IMG/VR virus record: IMGVR_UViG_3300007513_000004
Coordinates: 62,001 to 126,000 of that record
Reading direction: 5' to 3' (one strand)
DNA length: 64,000 nucleotides
Below the pieces are notes generated by a model that did no database searches, had not been told where the DNA came from, and worked only from the letters and a program-made list of their open reading frames with translations. The position numbers were made by a program, and so were the translations under genes. Within the stretch, counting starts at the first letter, position 1; each line of letters begins with the position of its first letter. Shown here one piece after another: positions 53,631-63,926 of the stretch.

Positions 53631-54155
53631 TTAGCCTAAAGATAAATCTGTGCTGCCAAAGCCTCCATTGCTTCTGATTGTTTCTTCCAACTCTTGCACT
53701 GCAAAGCTGCAGTTGTTTCTTTTTCTAAGAATAGCCTGAAAAAGCTTTGGCTTATTTCTTAAAATCAAGTCAGCCAAGGCTGGCATGGTCTGCGGCCTTA
53801 GTCCAAATATCTTTACAATGCCATTGGGGAATGTAATCCTTGAAGGGTCGCCGCCCATATCTTGATGGTGTACTCTTACCGGTACAAGAATTTCTCCCGT
53901 ATAAGATTCATCTATAACACCAACCGAGTTTGCCATAGACAACGGAAGCTTTGATATGCTGCTTCTTGGTACCACTTCAAAATAATAACCATTTGAAGGT
54001 TGCATGGAGATGCCCGTATTAAATAAAATAACGTCTCCAACAATCTTTTCTACACCAATAAACGTCAGATCATATCCCGTATCTGTATTGTGCGCCCTTG
54101 ATGGGACTTGTGCTTTTTCATCTAACAACTCTACCTTAACTTTAACATTAGCCAT
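53631..54155 (-). CDS. dut: Trimeric dUTPase
   Basis: TGYDL, PRSS, GVIDESYTGE, RSNGGFGST. Confidence 0.93.
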   Translation of the reverse strand: MANVKVKVELLDEKAQVPSRAHNTDTGYDLTFIGVEKIVGDVILFNTGISMQPSNGYYFEVVPRSSISKLPLSMANSVGVIDESYTGEILVPVRVHHQDMGGDPSRITFPNGIVKIFGLRPQTMPALADLILRNKPKLFQAILRKRNNCSFAVQELEETIRSNGGFGSTDLSLG

Positions 54156-54266
54156 GCAATCCTCCTAAGCTTTAAAAATAATACTGCGTAGCTCGAAATA
54201 GAACAGTAAAATATTTAATGTCTATGAATAGAATTTTACTCAGTAGATCTTAAAGGTTAATCGTCA

Positions 54267-54488
54267 ATGAGCAATAGACAAGATAAATACTTTTTGGAAA
54301 TCAATATAGAATGCGTATTAGAAATTGATGGAAAGAAAAAAGAAGCTACAATAGATAGGATTAATAAACTAATCTATAAGATACTAAAAGGTGAAGATGC
54401 AGTACATCTTAATACAAGTATGAATTTAATTGCAGAAAAAAATCTAATGTACTCATTGGCAAATATAGATTTTGGTGAAGAAAATTAA
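54267..54488 (+). CDS. Hypothetical protein
   Basis: 73-aa ORF filling the gap. Confidence 0.55.
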   Translation: MSNRQDKYFLEINIECVLEIDGKKKEATIDRINKLIYKILKGEDAVHLNTSMNLIAEKNLMYSLANIDFGEEN

Positions 54489-54895
54489 AACTTTGGATCC
54501 AAACACCATTGCATATAAAGCTTGAGAGCCCTTGCAACATCTCTATTCCATTTGTCTTTATCGACTGGAATCCCCAGCCTATTAGCTAAAGACAGGCCTC
54601 TCTTCCAAGCCTCAACTTCTTCAATTACAGTAAATACTCTATACATATTGCTTTTTTCATTATAATTATCTGTAACCTCTTTAACATTTGTAACCTTATC
54701 ACTTCCATATATAAGAATATGACCACACTCATGAAGTAACGTATAAAGCTGCGTCTCTAATGATCGAGTTGTATTTATAGATATAATTTTAGACTCTTGA
54801 TCTACGGAATCATCTCCATCGCGAGAGAAATCAACGCAGTAACCTTTGGTATAGGCCCAATACTCTAAAGCACCAATGGCATCTTTATGAGGCAT
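54485..54895 (-). CDS. Zincin-like metallopeptidase (HExxH)
   Basis: LLHECGH with downstream EEVEAW. Confidence 0.7.
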   Translation of the reverse strand: MPHKDAIGALEYWAYTKGYCVDFSRDGDDSVDQESKIISINTTRSLETQLYTLLHECGHILIYGSDKVTNVKEVTDNYNEKSNMYRVFTVIEEVEAWKRGLSLANRLGIPVDKDKWNRDVARALKLYMQWCLDPKF

Positions 54896-54928
54896 GCCTA
54901 TATAATACTAAAATTAATTTATTAATCT

Positions 54929-57900
54929 TTACCCACTGCCTATAGACGTTGCTTTGAATTTTACATTCCAATCCATAACCTCGTTGAGGCCCTTTATTCG
55001 GATTATTGGCTGATTTCCCGATGAATAAATTGTATGATCTAATGCCTCATCAGTTTCGAATGGCGTTCCAATATCTTCATTCAAATCAATTGAAATGGAT
55101 ACTCCACCACCGCCATTGTCTTCAGCATATAATACCGCTCTCTTTTTATAGCAGGCTCTATTTGTGCTATTTTCGCTTTTTGCTATAATATCTGTTTCTA
55201 TATATAAAACTTCATTTATTAACATTCGAGTTCCAAAGGGAAATACATCAGAATGATCAGTTGTCTGTAAGCTAAGCTCTTGTTCGATTGTATAATTTAT
55301 AGGCGTATTTCCTGCTCCCCAGTTTACTGCGGCAACGCCCAGTGTTCCATGATGCCTATTCCCCCTAAATTCTACGTCTCTAAACTTGGCCGTCTTGGCT
55401 CCGCGAACACTCAGGGCTAAAACGTACTCCCCTTCAACATCAGGCGTAAAAGTGGGCGACTCGACAGCCGGATCGCTCAAGGAGGCCGAAGAGCCTTCCG
55501 GCGAAGTTAGCGTCCAACTATACACCAAGCTTCCTCCGCCTAGATCTGAGGACCCTGATCCGTCTAGCGAAACTAAGGCCCCTATGGCGACAGCTTGATT
55601 AGCCCCCGCATTAGCTACCGCCGTAACCCCCGGTACTCCACTTCCCGTATCCGTACTAAGAGAAGGAACAGGCCCTCCTCCGGCAATGGTTGCAGCTATA
55701 TAAACATAATCTACAGCCTGAGGAGCAAGCGAATTTACACCAAAATAAAATATATAATCAGAAGTTCCATAAATGTGATTATCAATAACAGACAAGTTTA
55801 CAACGTCTCTTGGCCCAATGTTCGACCCCATATAACAATTATGAAACTTATTGCCTCTAATGGTTACAAATTTAGCGTCCACCGGCTCTTGAGGGTTAGC
55901 AAGAGCGGGCCCCGTTGTAAGGCTGAGCCCCCCGCCGCCGCTTCCTCCGAAGTCAAAAAAGTCATTACCTACCAAATCAATAAACTCTCCTGACAAAGAA
56001 AACTTTGCTCCGAACGCACCATCCCTGCCAGTTCCTCGTACTATGTTATTAGAAAATTTAACCCTAGACTGATTATGCCCCCCGGTGTGAAGATACAGCC
56101 CTATCCACGGGTCATTTACAACATTGTTTGCAACCAAACAATCGTCGCACAAAACTCTTAAAGCCGACATCTTCCCCGAGTCTTCAATGTTATTATTCAG
56201 AACCTGGGTTGAATACCCATCTACACTCACTGGAATACCCGAATTCGCCAGCATATCTGCTACAAAATCTGTGTGCAAGTCTCTAGGAACACCCTTTATG
56301 GTTATGCCTGTTGTGGTAGCCTCTGAAACTATATTCTCTATTATATTTCCAGATATAATAGCCATCCTACACTTGGTGTATATTCCATGACACTCTGTCG
56401 CCACGCTAAGGCCATCAATATTCTTTATTATATTATTTTTAATATGTGCTTGTTGGCCATAGACCAGTATTCCTATATCGCTGGTGTGTCCAAGCGCGGC
56501 GCTTACGCCATCAATAATATTATCTTGAATATACATATTCTTCCACAAGTCCTGAGAGGACCTATTATTTGTTCCAAGACGAATAGAGACACCTTTGTTA
56601 TTCTTTATAATATTTCGCTCTATCCTAACCCTTTCAAATGGTCGCTCGATATATACTGGATTTATATAATTGCATGTATTATTTATAAAGTCCAGCATTA
56701 GGTCAGAATCACTGCTGGTGTCACTCAATAAATTTCTTACTACAGTTTTGGCAAGCGTGTCGTCCCCAACAAATTTGCAATTTGTTATTTCAACAGAATG
56801 CAAGGCTCTTATGAAATGCTCAGACACTGAAATCGTTGCACCATTTCCGTTTAATCTCAATGATTGCACTGTAGAGTACTCACTCCATCCGGCAAGATTG
56901 TAAGTTTTTCCCGCCACTAGTTCTATTTTATCTCCCGAATTAAATGCCGCAATAAATGCAGCTTTATCATCGCCGCCGCCGATTTCTCCATAATTTTCCA
57001 CTGGAATTCCGAAAGACAGTTCACTGCCGACCGAAATGTCTTCTTCGTAGTCTTCTGTATCCTGTCTAAAAATATCATTTATTTGAGCCCCCCCCTGGCC
57101 CGCCAGGGTTTGCATGTATGCCTTCCAGTGTTTCAGCTTCATGTCACTCAAAGCGCCTTTTCCGGAATGAGCGAGGGCATTACCAGAATTTCCTCCAGCG
57201 GCAATGACTGCAGCCGGGACTGAATTCGTCTTTCTCTTTCTGAACTTCATTTTGCCAGATGTGTCAATTGTAATCTTGTGATTGTCACCTACCCAAAGAG
57301 ATGAGTCTGACACATATAGATCTCTGACTTTATATTCTGCAGAACCTATATCATAAGAGTCATTTGATTGCGGAAGAATATGACCCCCCTGAGTGACTTT
57401 CCAGCGATCAGAACCTTCAGTCTTCATGATGATTTCGCCATCTGATCCAGTATCTACAACCTCAACACTTGTGTTTAACTGTGTAATCGCTGTTCCACCA
57501 CCTCCTGAGGGTCCAACCAAAGATGTTGGACTTCCCCAGCCTGAGACAGTCTTTGGGCCGTATATTTCATTTGTATCTGTTTTTATATAAAAATCACCTT
57601 CACTGCCAGGATCTGTAGAGGTTGGATCATCAGTTCCGTTCAAAATAGTCGCACCGTCTGCACCTGCAGCACCTGCAGGGCCAGTAGAGCCTGAGTCTCC
57701 TATTAGTGACGTTGCACTGCCCCAAGCTCCCGAATCGCGAGGTCCATATATATCACTCGTATCTGTCCTTATCCAAAAATCACCATCACTACCATCGGGA
57801 GAGCCAGAGCCTTCATCAAACGGAGCGCGATCTCCATTCCAAATTGTCTTTCCATCTATTCCACTCGGTCCTGAAGCACCATCGGAGCCATTGGCCCCGG

Positions 57901-58327
57901 CATCGCCAGTAGGGCCAGCCGGACCTCTTACGTCTCCTGCATTGATATCAGGCTCTCCACCGCTTCTGGTGAGAATTAAGTTATCACCAGAAATGTTAGC
58001 TCCGGTTATAGAGATTCCGTCTGCACCAGAACCACCGCCGCTTGCGGCTGTTGGAGAAGATCCATCATAAGTTAAGTTTAAACTTTGATTCACATCAAAC
58101 ACCATATCGCCTGTATTCAGGGTTGTAAACTCCCACGCAAGTGTGGTATCGTTGTATGTTGCAACCTTTCCGTCTTGACCAGCCCAAACGTCTGAGCCTG
58201 TTCCTACGATGTGGCGATCTCCATCGGATGGAGATAGGGTGGTTGGGTCGTCATGTGTGCTTGCTACCGGTGGATGTATCTTGCCCGGACCCCAAGGCAC
58301 TAGTTGGTCTGTTTTTGTATATGACAT
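54929..58327 (-). CDS. Tail fibre/spike: DUF2793-like N-terminus, collagen-like repeats, right-handed beta-helix, inserted PKD domain
   Basis: GDRHIVG..WAGQDGKVA; GPAGPTGDAG; GDFWI/GDFYI..IYGP repeats; Asn-ladder parallel beta-helix; ANAGANQ...LDGSGSSD...YSW. Confidence 0.75.
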   Translation of the reverse strand: MSYTKTDQLVPWGPGKIHPPVASTHDDPTTLSPSDGDRHIVGTGSDVWAGQDGKVATYNDTTLAWEFTTLNTGDMVFDVNQSLNLTYDGSSPTAASGGGSGADGISITGANISGDNLILTRSGGEPDINAGDVRGPAGPTGDAGANGSDGASGPSGIDGKTIWNGDRAPFDEGSGSPDGSDGDFWIRTDTSDIYGPRDSGAWGSATSLIGDSGSTGPAGAAGADGATILNGTDDPTSTDPGSEGDFYIKTDTNEIYGPKTVSGWGSPTSLVGPSGGGGTAITQLNTSVEVVDTGSDGEIIMKTEGSDRWKVTQGGHILPQSNDSYDIGSAEYKVRDLYVSDSSLWVGDNHKITIDTSGKMKFRKRKTNSVPAAVIAAGGNSGNALAHSGKGALSDMKLKHWKAYMQTLAGQGGAQINDIFRQDTEDYEEDISVGSELSFGIPVENYGEIGGGDDKAAFIAAFNSGDKIELVAGKTYNLAGWSEYSTVQSLRLNGNGATISVSEHFIRALHSVEITNCKFVGDDTLAKTVVRNLLSDTSSDSDLMLDFINNTCNYINPVYIERPFERVRIERNIIKNNKGVSIRLGTNNRSSQDLWKNMYIQDNIIDGVSAALGHTSDIGILVYGQQAHIKNNIIKNIDGLSVATECHGIYTKCRMAIISGNIIENIVSEATTTGITIKGVPRDLHTDFVADMLANSGIPVSVDGYSTQVLNNNIEDSGKMSALRVLCDDCLVANNVVNDPWIGLYLHTGGHNQSRVKFSNNIVRGTGRDGAFGAKFSLSGEFIDLVGNDFFDFGGSGGGGLSLTTGPALANPQEPVDAKFVTIRGNKFHNCYMGSNIGPRDVVNLSVIDNHIYGTSDYIFYFGVNSLAPQAVDYVYIAATIAGGGPVPSLSTDTGSGVPGVTAVANAGANQAVAIGALVSLDGSGSSDLGGGSLVYSWTLTSPEGSSASLSDPAVESPTFTPDVEGEYVLALSVRGAKTAKFRDVEFRGNRHHGTLGVAAVNWGAGNTPINYTIEQELSLQTTDHSDVFPFGTRMLINEVLYIETDIIAKSENSTNRACYKKRAVLYAEDNGGGGVSISIDLNEDIGTPFETDEALDHTIYSSGNQPIIRIKGLNEVMDWNVKFKATSIGSG

Positions 58328-58346
58328 ATCTGTTATTCCTTATTTG

Positions 58347-61300
58347 TTAAATTATATACCAGTTTGCACCATCAGACTGAACTGTAACTGCTACCCATAA
58401 GGACGATATCGTCTTGGTTGCTACTCCATCAATGTTTCCTGCGGCAGAAGCTACTATTATATCATTAGCTCCTGCAATCTTTTTAATATTATACAGCCTT
58501 CCTTCGCAAAGTGCAGCATCTGGCAATGTGAACGTTATATCACCCCCAGTGTCGTTTTCGCCCAACACTGTATAATCACTCTCATCAAGATTTGTGTTTG
58601 CATCAGTAACTGTACGAATAGGAAGATTTAACGCACCCTCTGCAGTAACCTCACCATCTACATGCAGCTTGGTTGCCGGGTTCGTCGTTCCGATGCCGAC
58701 GTTTCCCTCTACATAAAGACCACTTGTAGGAGGGGTGTTGCTGTGAACATTGTGACCTATTGAGACTCCACCGGCATCCATATCAACGGCCATTTTGACG
58801 TAGCCAGTTCGACCGCCGCGTGCAAATAGGACCTCGCCGCCAGTATTGGCAAAGAGCACCATGTCGGTACCGTCTTTTTGCGCCATACCCACATCAGATG
58901 CACCCAAATGGATCTTATCTTCATTCTGGGTAGTCGAGAAGTCTAATGGTGCGCCTGGACTCGTTGTTCCGATGCCGACGTTTCCACCGCTATCAATAGT
59001 TACTTGGTCGTCAGTGCCATCGGTGCCGAAATGTAGATTATCTGTAGCGTGATTATATGAGATAGCCCCAGCATGTGCGGATCCTCCGCTGGTACCATCT
59101 GCGAAGTAAATAGAGCCCCAATCTGATGAGGTTCCCGCAATGGTTATGCCGCCATTGCCAGCCTCGTAGATAACAAGGTTATCGGCACTATCATTGTAAT
59201 CTCCCGGAGAATCTGTTCCGATGCCGACGTTTCCAGCAGAATCGATACGCATGTGCTCCGTTGATTCTCCTGTTCCGTTTGCTCTGGTAAGGAAAACTAA
59301 GTCAGCATCATAGTTTGTGGCTGTTCCGTTTGATTTGGCGGCTCGGATGGTTGCAAACTCTGTTAAAGAACCCGCGACATCGTAAATGCCTCGGAAAGTA
59401 ATGCCTCCACCCACGCCCGCAGCTTGGGAGGTGGTATCTGATGCAACTATAGTATACATTCCGAAACCACTAGGGTTATGGACATCAAAAGTATAGGCGG
59501 GGCTTGTTGTTCCAACTCCAACACGATGGGTGGTGGAATCAACAAATAAAGTGTCTGTATCAACCGTTAGGTTTCCACCAGAATCTATTGTGGTAACTCC
59601 AGACAATGCTCCGCCAGACAGAATGGCCGTACCGTCCGTAAGCGTACCGCCGGTTATTGTGCCGGCCGATGCTGTTATGTCTGCCACGCCAGTTAAGCTG
59701 CCACCAGAAAGGGTGGCCGTACCGTCTGTAAGTGAGGTGCCGGTTATTGTGCCGCTAGAACTAAGGTTTCCAGTAACGGACAGTCCTGGATTAATATACC
59801 AAAGATTTTCCACCATCCCCCAAGAGAGGGTCTTATTTGTATCTCCGAGAAGAGTTATTCCTCCGCCATTTGCACTAGAATCATTTGGGGAATCTACTGC
59901 GTTTAATGTAATATTCGGATCATCAACAGTCATCTCTTCAGTATTAAGAGTGGTTGTTGTTCCACTTACTGTTAGATCATTTACTGTTAGATCACCCGTT
60001 ATGTTGACATTACCATCTTTATCAATTATCATCCTTGGAGAAAGAGGCGTTGCATCCGCCGGGTCTCTTGTCCAAAACCGTAATTGACTCTCTCCCGATG
60101 GGTCAGTCCAATCGGTTGTAATAGCACCTGCCAAAAGAGGAGTATTCGGCGCGTTTGTTTGTAGCTCAAATTCGACACCTGCACCAAAACCAGCTACTGG
60201 CGTAGCGGAACAGGCGTTAGAAATGCGTTGTCCGTAAGTAATGTTGTCAGAAATAGCGCTTGTGGTACTAACCAATAGTGTTTCGGTCCTGGTTTGTCCA
60301 ACGACATGAAGAGCGGACCCCGGAACGCTTGTCGCAATTCCAACCCGTCCAGCGGAATCTACAGACCAACCCTGATTAGTGCCATTAGTTTTCGAATACA
60401 GCCTTTCAGTATCATGATCATACTTTACAGCGCCCTCACCGGGGATGCCGCTAGCGGATGCAAAATGCAAGGCATTAACATGCGCCCCATCTGTCGCCTG
60501 TATCTTAATGCCTGTATCGTTGACAGAAGGAGAAACTACAAGCTCTTGATCTGGGTCGACCGTACCAATGCCAACAAACCCAGCTTGACTGACTGTCATT
60601 ACCGGGCTTGCAGAAGAGTTTCTAAGCCTAAAGCTTTCAGCATCAGCGCTACCATCTGCGCCCTTACTTCCGATAGCCCACTTTAAAGTGCCACCTTCTT
60701 CAAATCTTATATTTGTATTATTGGCTGCAGTTGATTCTAGGCCTATGTTGCAAGAATTATTAACATCAATATTCTTTACAAAAAGCACCTTGCCACCAGG
60801 CAGGGAGGGTGAGGCTGTTTCAACATATAATGGATGATCTGTTAAGCTAGAACCTATAGATGCAGTCGTTGAAACAAACAAATTACTATTAACAGTTGCG
60901 GAACCAGCCGTTAAAGCATTGGTAATAGCTGCAGTATCCGCCGTTAAACCTGCCGCAATAGCTGCAGAATCCGCCGTTAAACCTGCCGCAATAGCTGCAG
61001 AATCCGCCGATAAGGTGGAGGAAATTACTGCCGAGAGAGCGGCAAAGTCGAGGACGGTTGTGGCGCCGGCCGATAAGGCTCCGGCAATAGCTGCCGAGCC
61101 TGCTGTTAAAATACCAACATCTGCGGTACCTGCAATATTTGCATTATCGTTCAGCCACAAATCATGCCATCGCTGGCCATCAATTCCTAAGTTTAAAGTT
61201 GCTGACTCAGGTAGAAGATCAGAGTTAATATTCGCAGAGAAAGTAACTGTATCATTGCCCATGATCCCATCGGGCTCATTCCCCAATACAATATTTCCGC

Positions 61301-61430
61301 CTATGGTTATATTGCCAGTTACATCAAGATCTGCGTCTATACTAACATCTTCTGAAAAGTTGAAAGAACTGTTTATGGTTATTGGACCACCAGAGTGTGA
61401 TTCGATTGTATTAACTTTTAACGTACTCAT
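58347..61430 (-). CDS. Long tail fibre-like protein with GNVGIGT repeats
   Basis: MSTLKVNTI start; multiple G[NFR]VGIGT..P repeats; C-terminal TLPDA...KKI...QSDGANWYII. Confidence 0.8.
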   Translation of the reverse strand: MSTLKVNTIESHSGGPITINSSFNFSEDVSIDADLDVTGNITIGGNIVLGNEPDGIMGNDTVTFSANINSDLLPESATLNLGIDGQRWHDLWLNDNANIAGTADVGILTAGSAAIAGALSAGATTVLDFAALSAVISSTLSADSAAIAAGLTADSAAIAAGLTADTAAITNALTAGSATVNSNLFVSTTASIGSSLTDHPLYVETASPSLPGGKVLFVKNIDVNNSCNIGLESTAANNTNIRFEEGGTLKWAIGSKGADGSADAESFRLRNSSASPVMTVSQAGFVGIGTVDPDQELVVSPSVNDTGIKIQATDGAHVNALHFASASGIPGEGAVKYDHDTERLYSKTNGTNQGWSVDSAGRVGIATSVPGSALHVVGQTRTETLLVSTTSAISDNITYGQRISNACSATPVAGFGAGVEFELQTNAPNTPLLAGAITTDWTDPSGESQLRFWTRDPADATPLSPRMIIDKDGNVNITGDLTVNDLTVSGTTTTLNTEEMTVDDPNITLNAVDSPNDSSANGGGITLLGDTNKTLSWGMVENLWYINPGLSVTGNLSSSGTITGTSLTDGTATLSGGSLTGVADITASAGTITGGTLTDGTAILSGGALSGVTTIDSGGNLTVDTDTLFVDSTTHRVGVGTTSPAYTFDVHNPSGFGMYTIVASDTTSQAAGVGGGITFRGIYDVAGSLTEFATIRAAKSNGTATNYDADLVFLTRANGTGESTEHMRIDSAGNVGIGTDSPGDYNDSADNLVIYEAGNGGITIAGTSSDWGSIYFADGTSGGSAHAGAISYNHATDNLHFGTDGTDDQVTIDSGGNVGIGTTSPGAPLDFSTTQNEDKIHLGASDVGMAQKDGTDMVLFANTGGEVLFARGGRTGYVKMAVDMDAGGVSIGHNVHSNTPPTSGLYVEGNVGIGTTNPATKLHVDGEVTAEGALNLPIRTVTDANTNLDESDYTVLGENDTGGDITFTLPDAALCEGRLYNIKKIAGANDIIVASAAGNIDGVATKTISSLWVAVTVQSDGANWYII

Positions 61431-61458
61431 CTAATAATTTCTCCTGAGTCAATCATTA

Positions 61459-62085
61459 CTATAATATTAGTAAATTAGCATCTTCCTGAATATCTAGCGT
61501 AACACCCTCTTGAATATCAATGTCTCCAATCAACATATGGTTCAAACCGGAATAGATATTTAAGTCCGCTGATAAGTTGGGAACATTGGAATATAAACGA
61601 GATTCTGTCATACCCACAACCTCAAGGTATCCAGATACTTGCAATGCCTTTGCCGCACTTGGGTCAAAAGTTTCTGCATTTGTTCTAGCCCCCGAATTAG
61701 TTCTAGATATCTCTAAAGCATTCGTGTCAACGAATGTGCCGGCTGAAACATCATTTACAATTCTTACCGCACCACTATCTGCGGTTATTTCCCTTCCAGA
61801 CCCTCTGACTCTAGGGTCTCGCTCTCTAATGCCAATCCCATCATAGGCTCTATCGAGATGAAAATTAAACCATGACTCTATATCATCAAGGCGCTCATTT
61901 ACATCTATAAATTCTTCATCAAAATCTGATATATGTGGAGCAATACCTAATGTATTCTCTATGTTTACCGCAGCAGATCGAAGCCTGTTAACGCTTTCTG
62001 CGTTAACGGCACTATATCGGTCAACAGCCAGTGGAATCTGGGCATAACCGTCAATTGCTTTGGGATAAACACTATAATCTGACAT
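61459..62085 (-). CDS. Putative virion structural protein
   Basis: YPKAID..., VNRLRSAAVNIENTLG motif; directly upstream of the fibre genes. Confidence 0.55.
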   Translation of the reverse strand: MSDYSVYPKAIDGYAQIPLAVDRYSAVNAESVNRLRSAAVNIENTLGIAPHISDFDEEFIDVNERLDDIESWFNFHLDRAYDGIGIRERDPRVRGSGREITADSGAVRIVNDVSAGTFVDTNALEISRTNSGARTNAETFDPSAAKALQVSGYLEVVGMTESRLYSNVPNLSADLNIYSGLNHMLIGDIDIQEGVTLDIQEDANLLIL

Positions 62086-62101
62086 TTAATACCTTCTCAT
62101 T

Positions 62102-62263
62102 TTAACTAGTCTTTTTTACCACTTTCCCAGTTGACCTTCCAGGAACAGAAATCAGCTTAGAGATCCTTCTCTTCCTAATTACACTACCAGTTTTTTTAAT
62201 AGCAGATTTCTTAGCTTTTCTAGCCTTGCTTTTCGCTATTTTTCTGCCACAACCACATCCCAT
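62102..62263 (-). CDS. Small very basic protein (53 aa, not in ORF track)
   Basis: MGCGCGRKIAKSKARKAKKSAIKKTGSVIRKRRISKLISVPGRSTGKVVKKTS*, GGAG RBS and CTAATAA upstream. Confidence 0.7.
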   Translation of the reverse strand: MGCGCGRKIAKSKARKAKKSAIKKTGSVIRKRRISKLISVPGRSTGKVVKKTS

Positions 62264-62368
62264 GAAACACTCCGACTACTTCATTAGAATAATTATTATT
62301 AGTATTACTTATCTAATGTTATTAATTTATATACTTATATAGGAAAGCCTCTTTCCCTTGGACTACAA

Positions 62369-63166
62369 ATGAGGAAACTTATAAGCTACATTTTTTTACT
62401 TTCAGTATTGATTTCTTTGGTCTATATTACTAAAGAAGTTATAAGTTTTTCAAAAAATATCATATCTTTAAAAGAGTATCAAACAGACGCTATAATAAAA
62501 CAAGAAAAGATGCTACACCCAACCGTCAGGGTAATTAGCATGGAACGAACCTATGACAGCTCTGCCTCTGCAGACTCTGGCGATGTAGAGGTTGAGATTA
62601 TACTGGCTACAGCCACCGGGTTTAGCATTCAATATGATGCAATAAATGATGTTTCTTTTGTAGTCACAAATGATCACTTCTGTAACTCAATAATGCCAAG
62701 CTCATCTTTGGTAGTGGAAGACTATAATAAAAATTCATTAAATATTTCAGAAAATTATATAAGTTCAAAAATCTTATACACAGATGAAGGATTAGATCTT
62801 TGCCTACTAGCAGCATATGGGTTTATAAAGCCGGCAATTATTGCAGATGTTGATTACACTCCAGAATTATTTGAAAAAGTTTTTGTAATCGGAGGACCGA
62901 CCGGAAACTTTCCAATTATAATAGATACCTATATTTCTGGCTCAAGCGACAGAAGAAGCATAACGGTTGGAAACTTAGATGCTTCTGGAAATGATTTTTT
63001 GCTTATTTCAGAACAAATATTCCCAGGACATAGCGGAAGCCCTATCTTTAACCAAGATGGAGAGGTTATTGGAGTAATTTTTGCAGCATTAGAAACATAT
63101 GGTGGTTTAGCGATATCTCATAGAGATATATTCATGTTATTATTCTATTATCAAAATAGTCTCTAA
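62369..63166 (+). CDS. Membrane-anchored trypsin-like serine protease
   Basis: N-terminal TM; TNDHFC, DLCLL, PGHSGSP. Confidence 0.88.
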   Translation: MRKLISYIFLLSVLISLVYITKEVISFSKNIISLKEYQTDAIIKQEKMLHPTVRVISMERTYDSSASADSGDVEVEIILATATGFSIQYDAINDVSFVVTNDHFCNSIMPSSSLVVEDYNKNSLNISENYISSKILYTDEGLDLCLLAAYGFIKPAIIADVDYTPELFEKVFVIGGPTGNFPIIIDTYISGSSDRRSITVGNLDASGNDFLLISEQIFPGHSGSPIFNQDGEVIGVIFAALETYGGLAISHRDIFMLLFYYQNSL

Positions 63167-63733
63167 TTATTTCTTATTCTTGAATTTTTTACCCATCTTC
63201 TTTACACGGCTAGAAGCCCTTCTCGCATAAAGGGTGTAAAAAGCAAGATCTACCCTTTTTCCGTCTAAAACCATCTTAAGCGCTTCGTTGGCAAAATTTG
63301 CAGACTTAATAGCCTCGGCCCCAAGAGGGTCTCGTATACCATCACTGTTTTTCTTTGTATATGTTGAACTTATTTTTTCAACCTGATTTGCGGTAACTCC
63401 ACACAAAAGCATATTTGGCTTTAACTCATCAATAACTTTATCTAACTTCTTCTTTTCTTCCAAAACTTTAAAAAAGTTTTCATTCTTATTATTGGTACAT
63501 TCCAATGGGCAGGTAAAGCAGCTCTCCTCTAGTCCCATATTCCACAAATCACAAGTATAAAACTGCTTTACATCCTTTGCTTCATTTCTTATGTTTTCTT
63601 CGCAGCCATAAAACACCTGTCCATCCACAACCTTTGCTTTACCGTTGCAAAACTCGCTCTCCCTCATGGCCGTTGTCATCTTGCAATTTTTTGTGCAATC
63701 AACAATTTTTATTTCGGCTTTTTTATCAGACAT
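63167..63733 (-). CDS. Cys-rich hypothetical protein
   Basis: 188-aa ORF with several Cys clusters. Confidence 0.6.
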   Translation of the reverse strand: MSDKKAEIKIVDCTKNCKMTTAMRESEFCNGKAKVVDGQVFYGCEENIRNEAKDVKQFYTCDLWNMGLEESCFTCPLECTNNKNENFFKVLEEKKKLDKVIDELKPNMLLCGVTANQVEKISSTYTKKNSDGIRDPLGAEAIKSANFANEALKMVLDGKRVDLAFYTLYARRASSRVKKMGKKFKNKK

Positions 63734-63926
63734 TCTTTATCATTATTTTAGACATTAGAGAAATTAACTCTGATATAACCAAATCTACTTGATCTACATC
63801 AAATTCTAAAGTCGTTAAGAATATTTTACCATTTTGACCTTTAATCTTACTTGAAAAAATAACTTTTTCTTTATCTTCAGATATGTCTAGCAAAATATCA
63901 GTATTTTCATCTAATTTTATCTTCAA
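63726..63926 (-). CDS. Hypothetical protein
   Basis: 66-aa ORF overlapping both neighbours. Confidence 0.55.
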   Translation of the reverse strand: MKIKLDENTDILLDISEDKEKVIFSSKIKGQNGKIFLTTLEFDVDQVDLVISELISLMSKIMIKNV

